Assembly: GCF_004104415.1 (NCBI RefSeq)
Contig: NZ_CP034669.1
Strand: one strand, 5' to 3'
DNA from: Corallococcus coralloides
Lineage (GTDB): Bacteria; Myxococcota; Myxococcia; Myxococcales; Myxococcaceae
Length of the DNA: 64,000 nt
Made by a program: the position numbers and the translations under genes. Of the stretch, positions 7,999 to 16,400 are shown piece by piece (within the stretch, counting starts at the first letter, position 1; each line of letters opens with the position of its first letter). The notes under the pieces are model-generated. The model was not told where the DNA came from, ran no database searches, and saw only the letters and a list, made by a program, of their open reading frames with translations.

Positions 7999-10401
7999 TC
8001 ACTTCCGTCCACGGCGCGACGGCCGGGACTTGGAGGACTTGGAGGACTTGGAGCCCGGGGGCTTGGGCTCCGGTGGGTTCTGGGCCGCCTTCGGAGGCGC
8101 GGCGGGCGGGGACTTCACGGCGTCCGTCTTGGGAGCCGCGGCGCTCGAAGCCGCCGGGGCCTCCACCTTCGGAGCCTCGACTTGCACGGGTGAGGGGCTC
8201 ACGGGCACGGAGGCCAGTGCGGCCCGTCGCGCGGCCTCGCGAGCCTTGTCGAGGGCACGCTGTTCGGACGCGGAGGGACCGCGCGCCACGCTCAAGGCCC
8301 ACGGGTCCCTGGGAGGCTCGGGCTCCGTGGGCCGCCACGAATCCGTGGAGGCAGCATCCTGGGTCGATGGGCCGGACAGGACCGAAGCCTCGGCTCCCAT
8401 CGGCGTCGAGGTCTCGGCGGGACGCGATGACGGGAGGTCCCGCGCTTCGAGTACGTCCCCTCGTGAACGCGGTGACTCCGGGGACCAGGCATCCGAGCCC
8501 CCGGCCGTACGCACTGCGCCGGGCTGATCCGAAGTGCCCGTGGCGTGATCCGCGGAGAGGTAGCGCTGATCCGAAGCGCCCGCCGCCCGTGGCACCGTCA
8601 GGTATTGCTGATCCGAAGCGCCCGTGGCCCGGTCCATCGACAGGTAGCGCTGATCCGAAGCTCCCGGCGCCCGTGGCACGGTCAGGTACTGCTGGTCCGA
8701 AGCTCCCGCCGCGCGAGGCACGCTCAGATACCGCTGATCCGAAGCTCCCGCGGCGCGAGGCACGCTCAGGTAGCGCTGGTCCGAAGTCCCCGGCGCTCGC
8801 TGCATGTCCTGGGTCCCCTGCCCTCCCGCCACGTACCGCTGGTCCGAAGCTCCCGGTGCACGCGGCACCTCCAGATAGCGGTACTCCGAAACGCCTCCCG
8901 GCAGCAGCGCCTGCCCGTACCGCTGATCCGAAGCACCCGGCGCGCGCGGCACCTCCAGATACGGAGACGCCACGTCATGGCGCTGGTCCGAAGCGCCCGG
9001 AGCCAGCTCCACGGCCAGATAGCGCTGATCCGAGGCCCCGGGAGCACGAGACGGGGCCAGCACCGCGCCCTCACCGAGCGTCGCCTCCCCCACGCGCGCA
9101 TACTGCTGGTCCGACGCACCCGGCGCTCGCGGCGCGCTCTCCAGATACGCCTCTTCCACGTAGCGCTGGTCCGAAGCCCCGGGGACGCGCGGCGCATCGA
9201 CATAGGCCTCGGTGCGCTCCCGGTGGACCTCCGGCACGTCCCCCCCCCCGGCGCTCCCGGGCAGTTGCACCCGGCGCCAGGTGACGTATTCGCGCTCCTC
9301 CACCCGAGGAACCCGCGCGGACGCCGCCGAGGGGACCGCGTCGCGCAGCCGGTCCACCACCGGAGGAGGCGGCATGCGCAGGAACCGGATGGACGTGTCC
9401 GCCGACGGCCCCGCGGGCGGCAGCGTGGCCCGATTGGACGAATGTCCGATGCGGCGTGACCGGCCATCCGAACCGACGAAGTGCGCCTCCACCCGGTACG
9501 TGCGCCCGGGCGTCATGCCCTGCAGATAGAAGCTGCGCGACTCCAGCGCGAAGTCCACCTCGCGCGACACGCCCTCGCCATCGAACACCTTCAGCACCGC
9601 GCGCGGCGCCGGCAGCGCGTCGAGCGCCCGGCTCCGGCTCGCCTCACTGAAGTCCCAGAAGACGAAGAGCGTGTGCGGATCCCTGGCGAGCAGCACCATC
9701 GCGTCGTCCTGGTAGTCCAGGGGCAGCATGGCCAGGTGCTCGTTCCGCTCGGGCGACGCGTCCGCCGGAGGAAGGCGCGGCGCCTGCTCCTCCAGGAGGT
9801 GATGGCGGCGCGCCTCCTTCTCCCCCGCCATCTTCGTCACGAAGAACCCCTCCACCAGGGGCTCGGCGGCATGCGGCGGCTCGCTCGCGGGCGCGGGCTT
9901 CGCGGCGGCGGGCGCGTCCTCCCTGGGAGCGCTCGACGGGCGCGGCGTGGGCGCCTCGGGAGCCAGGGACAGCGTGTCCCCTTCGTCGTCCAGGTCGCGG
10001 CGCGTCTTCGCGCGGGCGGGGAACGTCACCACGCGAGCGGGCCGCGTTCTGGGGCCACCGCTGGGCTCCGTGATGGGCTCCTCGGAAAGTTCTCGTGCCT
10101 GCGGCGCGGCGGCGCTCTCGGGCGGAGGCAGGGGTACGGACCCGGACGTCGAGCCCTTGTCGGAGCGGGAATCCGCCGGGCCGGAATCCAGGACCCGCTC
10201 CTCGCCGCCCACGGCACCGGAGCCGCGCCGGGACGTCGCCAGGCCGGCCATGCGCGCGAGCCGCCCCAGGGCGGGAATGCGCTCGGCCAGCGAGGTGACC
10301 CACTCCCGCCCGCGGGACACGCCAGCTCCCTCCCGGAGATATTTCCGGGCCAGCTGCCGCAGGTAGCTCACGGTGACGCCCTTCCGCTCATCCATGGACA
10401 C
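7999..10401 (-). CDS. Repeat-rich DUF4912-like protein with approximately 15 tandem PRAPGASDQRYL units and a Lys/Pro/Ala-rich basic tail
   Basis: 800-aa ORF. The beta-sandwich-like region (LLARDPHTLFVFWDF...YRVEAHF) fits the DUF4912 family that co-occurs with GH57. The central tandem repeat is (V/A)PRAPGASDQ(R/Q)YL. C-terminus is PKAAQNPPEPKPPGSKSSKSSKSRPSRRGRK. It sits 26 nt upstream of the GH57 gene on the same strand. Confidence 0.6.
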   Translation of the reverse strand: MSMDERKGVTVSYLRQLARKYLREGAGVSRGREWVTSLAERIPALGRLARMAGLATSRRGSGAVGGEERVLDSGPADSRSDKGSTSGSVPLPPPESAAAPQARELSEEPITEPSGGPRTRPARVVTFPARAKTRRDLDDEGDTLSLAPEAPTPRPSSAPREDAPAAAKPAPASEPPHAAEPLVEGFFVTKMAGEKEARRHHLLEEQAPRLPPADASPERNEHLAMLPLDYQDDAMVLLARDPHTLFVFWDFSEASRSRALDALPAPRAVLKVFDGEGVSREVDFALESRSFYLQGMTPGRTYRVEAHFVGSDGRSRRIGHSSNRATLPPAGPSADTSIRFLRMPPPPVVDRLRDAVPSAASARVPRVEEREYVTWRRVQLPGSAGGGDVPEVHRERTEAYVDAPRVPGASDQRYVEEAYLESAPRAPGASDQQYARVGEATLGEGAVLAPSRAPGASDQRYLAVELAPGASDQRHDVASPYLEVPRAPGASDQRYGQALLPGGVSEYRYLEVPRAPGASDQRYVAGGQGTQDMQRAPGTSDQRYLSVPRAAGASDQRYLSVPRAAGASDQQYLTVPRAPGASDQRYLSMDRATGASDQQYLTVPRAAGASDQRYLSADHATGTSDQPGAVRTAGGSDAWSPESPRSRGDVLEARDLPSSRPAETSTPMGAEASVLSGPSTQDAASTDSWRPTEPEPPRDPWALSVARGPSASEQRALDKAREAARRAALASVPVSPSPVQVEAPKVEAPAASSAAAPKTDAVKSPPAAPPKAAQNPPEPKPPGSKSSKSSKSRPSRRGRK
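8540..9220. repeat. In-frame tandem repeat of about 39-42 bp, roughly 15 copies, encoding PRAPGASDQRYL units
   Basis: Visible in the nucleotide sequence as a recurring gcgctgatccgaag(c/t)(g/t)cccg(c/g/t)(c/g)gc... unit, and in the protein as repeated APGASDQRY. Confidence 0.7.
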
Positions 10402-10530
10402 CTCGCCTCGTTATGACGCGGCATACAGGGGGTCAACGCATCCGTCACGGGATGTGTTGTTCCGCCGACCCCCTTCTTCATCCGTCACGCCCGATGACAC
10501 CTCACCCCTGTCCAAGTATCCTGCGACCGC

Positions 10531-13305
10531 TTGAGCGACCTGCCCAGACTTCTCCTGTGCAGCTTTGACGTCATCCCCGGCCCGTCTGGCTCCTCACGCC
10601 GACTGACCGAGTATCTGAAGGCGTTGCCTGATCGCTTCTCCGTGGTGGTGCTGTCGGCGAAGACGCCCGACCACTCCCATATCGAGAAGTACCAGGGCGC
10701 CCGGCTGCTCCGCGTCCCGGTAGGCTCCGGGGACCTGGCGTCGCGCATCCAGTCCTTTGAACGGGCCGTGCGCCGGCAGCTCGAAAGCGAGGACTACGCC
10801 CTCGCCCACTTCACGGACCCCTTCGGCGGGTACGCGCTGTGCGAGCTGAAGGCGGACTACGGCTACCGCCTCATCTATGAGGCGCAGACGTTCCCGTCCC
10901 AGGAGCTGCGCTACACCCATCCCCAGACGGACGGCGACCGCCGCTTCCTGTCGAAGATCCGCCGCCAGGAGCTGTTCTGCCTGATGAACGCGGACCTCGT
11001 CGTCACCGGCTCGCAGACGACGCGCGCGTTCATCCAGGGGCTGGGCGCCGCGGAGGACCAGCTGCGCACGATTCGCGCGCCCGTGGACCTGAAGCCGTAC
11101 GACCCGGAGGTGCTCGGCGCCCCGGACGGTTCGCCGCTTAGAATGATGTACCTGGGCAGCCACGTGGGCTGGCAGGGCCTGCCCACCCTCCTGCGCGCCA
11201 CCGCGCTCGCGGCCCAGCAGGTGGACGTGCGCCTGACGTTGGTGGGCGCGCACCATCCGGACTGGAAGCCCCACCTGGAGGACCTGGTCAACGACCTGGG
11301 CATCAAGGAGAAGGTCGACTTCCAGCCGCCCGTCGCGCACGACGACCTGGTAAAGGTGCTGGCGCTGGCGGACGTGGGCGTGCTGCCGCTGGACGACTCG
11401 GAGCGCAACCGGCTCCAGGGCGGACCGCTGGCCAAGGTCTCCGAGTACCTGGCCGCCGGCCGGCCGGTCATCGCCGCGGACCTGCCCGTCACCCGCGAGC
11501 TGATTCCGAAGGACGCGGCCCTCTTCTTCCCCCCGGGCGACAGCCGCGCCCTCTCCGAGCGCATCCTGGACCTGGCGCGCGACGTGCCCCGCCGCGTGGC
11601 GCTGGGCAAGGCCGGGCGCGCGTTCGCGGAGAAGGTGCTGGACGCGGGCCTCATCCGGGGCCAGCTGCTGGACCTCTACGACTCGCTGCTGGAGAAGCGC
11701 GGCCACGTCCCGGTCGAAGCCGCCAGCGAGCCGCCCGACGTCACGATGACGGGCACGCCCACGAACAGGCTCGCGAGCCTGGGCATGCCGGAGGCGTCCC
11801 AGCCCGCGCCGGCGCCCAGGCCGCCCGCGAAGCCCGCCGTCCAGGCCGGGTCCGGCGAAGCCGCCCCGCCCCCCGCGAAGGACGGCCCGGAGGACGCGCC
11901 CGTGGTGATGGGCATGGCCCTGGACGACGGGATGGACACCCGGCTCGTCAAGACCGAGCCGGACATGCGGCCGGACGAAGTGCCCATGGTCATGGGCCTG
12001 CCGCTGCGCGAGTCCGCCAGCGCCGCGCCGGCCCCCGCGAGCAGGGAAGCCACGCCGCCTCCGGAGCCCGAGGCCGCGCCCCAGAAGACCGACGACACCG
12101 CGAAGACGACGCTCCCCTCCTCCCCCGCGAAGGACCCCGAGCCGGAGCCGCTGGGGGGCCGTGGCTCGGAGCCGGCTCCACCCACGGAGATGGTGACGAG
12201 TCCCCTGGTGAAGGCCCTCGGCTTGAAGGAGCTCAGCGGGGACGACGCCGGGGCTTCGGATTCGGCGGCCCGCGCCTCCGGGGATGGCTCCTCCGGAGCG
12301 ACGGCGGTGGTGCGCCGGCCGGCGGAAGTGGCGGAAGACGACACGAGCACGCCGGCCCCCACGCCCGTCGTGCGCAGGCCCGCCTCCGAGGATGAGGCCC
12401 CCGCCCCCACGCCCGTGGTGCGCCGGCCCCTGCCGGAAGACGAACCGCCCGCGGCCACGCCCATCGTGCGCCGCCCCACCTCCCTCTCCGAGGACGAGGA
12501 GCGGGCCCCCACGCCCGTCGTGCGCCGGGCCGGGGTCATGCGTGAGGAGGAAGAGGCCCCCGCGCCCACCCCCATCGTGCCCATGCGCTCGTTGCTGGCC
12601 GGGGCGCGAAGCACGGGCGCCGGCCGTGCGCAGCGGTCGCAGGACTCCGCCCCCTCTGAACCCCCGCGTCTCTTCCCCACTCCCACTCCCATGGCCGACG
12701 CGGAAAAACCGCCCATCCGTGGCGGCCTCGCCGCGGATCCAGGCCGGCCCGCCTCCCGCCCCCCGGTGCTCTCGGAGTCCGACAAGCCGCCCATCCGCGG
12801 TGGCTCCGTCTCCGACGCGGACCGCCCGCCGCAGCTGCCGCCCCGCGCCGCCGCGCCGCCGCCCGTTCCGCGCCAGGGACCGCCGCCCCGGCTGAGCCCC
12901 ACGCCGCCCGTGCTCAAGCCCTCCGCGTCACCCGACGACGAGCCGGAGGAGATCGCCGCCGACGAGGCCCTGTCCCTGGACGACGACGCCGGCAACACGC
13001 CCTCCAACGCCACCGCGGCGCTGGACGAGGCGGAGGAGATCGCCGCCGACGAGGTCCACGACGCGGACTCGCTCGACGTGGAGGCCGCGGACGCCGTGGA
13101 TGAAGGGCCTCCGCCCGCGCCGCCCGACTCCACCCTCAACCCGTGGTTCGCCCAGTTGGCGCACGGGTACTGTCCCCCCGAGGGCGCCCGCTTCGCCCGG
13201 CCCACCCCGCCCACCAACTTCCCCGGGCGGGAGCCGGAAGCAGGCGCGTCCCCCGGGTCGGTCCCCCCTGTCGGGCAGGGAGCGGTTCGCGGCAAGAACT
13301 CGTGA
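10531..13305 (+). CDS. GT4-family glycosyltransferase (approximately 400-aa catalytic domain) with an approximately 520-aa Pro/Ala/Glu-rich disordered C-terminal extension
   Basis: The N-terminal domain has a GT-B/GT4 layout (FDVIPGPSGSS..., a LYEAQTFPSQEL-type block, and a C-terminal Rossmann EYLAAGRPVIAADLPVTRE). The tail carries APTPVVRRP x5, KPPIRGG x2 and EEIAADE x2 repeats. The only in-frame start is TTG at 10531. It is divergent from the DUF4912 gene. Confidence 0.75.
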   Translation: MSDLPRLLLCSFDVIPGPSGSSRRLTEYLKALPDRFSVVVLSAKTPDHSHIEKYQGARLLRVPVGSGDLASRIQSFERAVRRQLESEDYALAHFTDPFGGYALCELKADYGYRLIYEAQTFPSQELRYTHPQTDGDRRFLSKIRRQELFCLMNADLVVTGSQTTRAFIQGLGAAEDQLRTIRAPVDLKPYDPEVLGAPDGSPLRMMYLGSHVGWQGLPTLLRATALAAQQVDVRLTLVGAHHPDWKPHLEDLVNDLGIKEKVDFQPPVAHDDLVKVLALADVGVLPLDDSERNRLQGGPLAKVSEYLAAGRPVIAADLPVTRELIPKDAALFFPPGDSRALSERILDLARDVPRRVALGKAGRAFAEKVLDAGLIRGQLLDLYDSLLEKRGHVPVEAASEPPDVTMTGTPTNRLASLGMPEASQPAPAPRPPAKPAVQAGSGEAAPPPAKDGPEDAPVVMGMALDDGMDTRLVKTEPDMRPDEVPMVMGLPLRESASAAPAPASREATPPPEPEAAPQKTDDTAKTTLPSSPAKDPEPEPLGGRGSEPAPPTEMVTSPLVKALGLKELSGDDAGASDSAARASGDGSSGATAVVRRPAEVAEDDTSTPAPTPVVRRPASEDEAPAPTPVVRRPLPEDEPPAATPIVRRPTSLSEDEERAPTPVVRRAGVMREEEEAPAPTPIVPMRSLLAGARSTGAGRAQRSQDSAPSEPPRLFPTPTPMADAEKPPIRGGLAADPGRPASRPPVLSESDKPPIRGGSVSDADRPPQLPPRAAAPPPVPRQGPPPRLSPTPPVLKPSASPDDEPEEIAADEALSLDDDAGNTPSNATAALDEAEEIAADEVHDADSLDVEAADAVDEGPPPAPPDSTLNPWFAQLAHGYCPPEGARFARPTPPTNFPGREPEAGASPGSVPPVGQGAVRGKNS

Positions 13306-13404
13306 GGCAGCCGACCGAGCACCGCTCGGAAACTTCCCAAGCCTTGCGCCCGCCCGATAGGATGTGGCGGTTTTCACTGCACTTTTTGCTGGGTGAAGGG
13401 CTTC

Positions 13405-16400
13405 ATGGAGCGTCGCGTCCTCATCGTCGAAAGCCAGAACGACTTCGCACTCAGCATGGCCTCCGTGCTCAAGAGCGCGGGCTACAACACGGCCATGGCC
13501 ACCACTGCGTCAGACGCGCAGCGGGAATTGGAGAAGCGCCGACCAGACCTCGTCGTCGTGCGCGCGGAGCTGCCGGACCAGTCCGGCTTCGCCCTCTGTG
13601 GGCAGATCAAGAAGGGCAAGTGGGGCCAGAACCTCAAGGTCCTCCTGCTCTCCTCCGACTCCGGCGTGGAGGGTCTGAACAAACACCGTGAGACGCCGGC
13701 CGCCGCGGACGGCTACCTCGTCATCCCGTTCGAGATGGGCGAGCTGGCCTCCATGAGCACGGGCATCGTGCCGCCCGGCTCCGACGAATCCGACGCGGAC
13801 CTGGACGCCGCGCTCTCCGGTGCGCCGCGTGAAGCCCCGCCGCCCATGCCCGGCGTGCGCACGGGCGCCCCGCCCAAGCTGCCCAAGCGCGAGCGCCGCA
13901 GCGCGATGACGGACGAGGACAAGTCCTTCATGGACCGGGCCTTCTCATCCATCGCGGACCGCAAGGCGGAGCTGCTGGCGGAGTCGCGTCAGCTGAAGCG
14001 CCCGCCCCCGCGCCGCGAGCTGATGGGCACGCCCGAGGGCAAGATTCAAATCCTCCGGGACGAGCTGAAGACGCGCGAAGCCCAGCTCGCGCGCCTGTCG
14101 GAGATCTGGAGCGTCCGCGAGCGCGAGCTGCTCTCCGTCGAGGACCGCCTCCACGAGAAGGACGTGGAGCTGCAGGGCCTGAAGATGCAGGTCGACGACC
14201 TGCTCAGGCGCTTCAACGACGCGCAGCAGTCCATCGTCCAGAAGGAGCGCGAGCACGGCGCCACCGTGGACGACCTGCTCCTCCAGAAGTTCTCCTCGGA
14301 GAAGGACCTCATCGAGGTCGTCGCCTCCAAGGAGAAGGACATCAACGTCCTGCGCAAGGAGGTCAACCTCCGCGACGAGGAGCTGGCCCGGCGCGGCGCG
14401 GATCTGGAGTCCTGGCGCAACGAGTTCGACAAGCTGGAGAAGCACCTCGGCGTCGTCACGCTGGAGTTCGAGGTCAAGGAGCAGAAGCTCCAGGACACCG
14501 TCCGCGCCAACGAGGCGGACATCCTCCAGCTGCGCGAGCGCGGCGATCAGTTCGAGTCCGAGCTGGCCCGCACCGTCAGCGAGCGCGACCAGCGCTATGC
14601 CGAGCTGGACGGCGAGCTCCAGGCCCTCCAGGAGCGGCTGACGCAGACGGAGCAGGAGCGCGACGCCACCGTGCGCGGCCTGGAGGCCCGGGCCACGACG
14701 GCGGAGGAGCACGCCAGCCGCTCGGACGCGGAGATTGAGCGCCTCAACGCCGAGCGCGCCGCCCTGGAGCAGCGCCTCACGCAGCAGGTGGCGGACCTGG
14801 AGTCCGACATCGCGCGCGTCACCGGCGAGCGCGACCAACTCCGGCTGGACAAGGACGCCCTGGAGGCGGACCTCACGCAGCGCGTGGAGGAGCGGGACGC
14901 GAAGCTCTCCGCGCTCGACCGCGAGCTGCAGGAGGCCATCGCCCGCAACGAGAACAGCGAGGCGGAGCTCAACGCCACCATCCAGCAGCACCGCGAGCGC
15001 ATCGGTGAGCTGGAAGGCGAAGTCGAGGCCGTCAAGACGCACCTGGAGGACCGCGAGAACGAGCTGACCGCGGAGCTCCAGGCGCTGCAGCAGGCCAAGG
15101 ACGCGCTGGAGCAGGACCTCACCAGCCAGCTGGAGGACCTGCGCGCGGCGAAGGACGCCCTGGAGGCGGACCTCAACGGCCAGATTCAGGCGCTCACCGA
15201 GCAGCTGGACGCGTCCCAGCGCCAGGGCGAACAGCTCTCCGCGCGCGTGGCCTCGCTCGAGGACACCGTCGCCCAGCGCGACGGCACCATCGAGGGCCTG
15301 CAGACCGACGTCTCCGACCGCGACGCCCGCATCGCCGAGCTGACCGGCAACCTGGAGGCCACGAGCCAGCAGCTCTCCGAGACGCAGAACACGCTCTCCA
15401 GCACGGAGGCCACCCTCGCGGAGACGCGCGGCGAGCTGGAGGCGACGAGCCAGCAGCTCTCCGAGACGCAGGGCACGCTCTCCAACACGGAGGCCACCCT
15501 CGCGGAGACGCGCGGCGAGCTGGAGGCCACCAGCCAGCAGCTCTCCGAGACGCAGACGCGCCTGGCCCAGACGGAGGAGACGCTCTCCACCACGCGCGGC
15601 GAGCTGGAGGCCACCAGCCAGACGCTGGCCACCACCGAGGCGACCCTCGCGGACACGCAGGGCACGCTGGCGCGCACGGAAGGAACGCTCGCCGACACGC
15701 AGGCGACCCTGTCCAGCACCGAAGGCACGCTGGCGGAGACGCGCGGCGAGCTGGAGGCCACCAGCCAGACCCTGGCGGACACCCAGTCCAGGCTCGCGCG
15801 GACGGAGGAGACGCTCTCCACCACGCGCGGCGAGCTGGAGGCCACCAGCCAGACGCTGGCGGACACGCAGGCCACGCTCTCCAGCACGGAGGGCACGCTC
15901 GCGGAGACCCGTGGCGAGCTGGAGGCCACCAGCCAGACGCTGACGGACACGCAGGCGAAGCTCGCGCAGACGGAAGGGACGCTCGCGTCCACCCAGGGCG
16001 AGCTGGAGGCCACCAGCCAGACGCTGGCCACCACCGAGTCCACGCTCGCGCAGACGCAGGACACGCTGGCGCGCACGGAAGGAACGCTCGCCGACACGCA
16101 GGCGACGCTGTCCAGCACGGAGGGCACGCTCGCGGAGACGCGCGGTGAGCTGGAGGCTACCAGCCAGACGCTGACGCAGACCCAGGAGACCCTGGAGTCG
16201 ACGCGCGCCGACCTGGCGAAGGTCACCTCGCACCGCGACGAGCTGGACGCGGAGCTCAACGAGACGCGCGACATCCTCCAGGAGACCAACGGCCTCCTCG
16301 CCCGCACCACCGAGGAGCGCGACGCGCGCATCGCGGATCTGGCGGCGCTCAACGCGGCGAAGGACGCGCTGGAGCAGGACCTCACCGGCCAGATTGGCCA

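Noticed and set aside
8027-8053. Triple direct repeat gacttggag x3
   Set aside because: It is the coding sequence of the KSSKSSKS C-terminal tail of the DUF4912-like protein, not an independent element.
7973-8338. N-terminal 122-codon extension of the GH57 ORF
   Set aside because: It overlaps the C-terminal basic tail of the upstream gene. GH57 enzymes start at MSLGSLALVLHAHLP.
15340-16215. Regular repeats that could be mistaken for a CRISPR array
   Set aside because: The repeats are 84 bp, contiguous and without spacers, in-frame, and encode the coiled-coil heptads of the aglZ-like gene.
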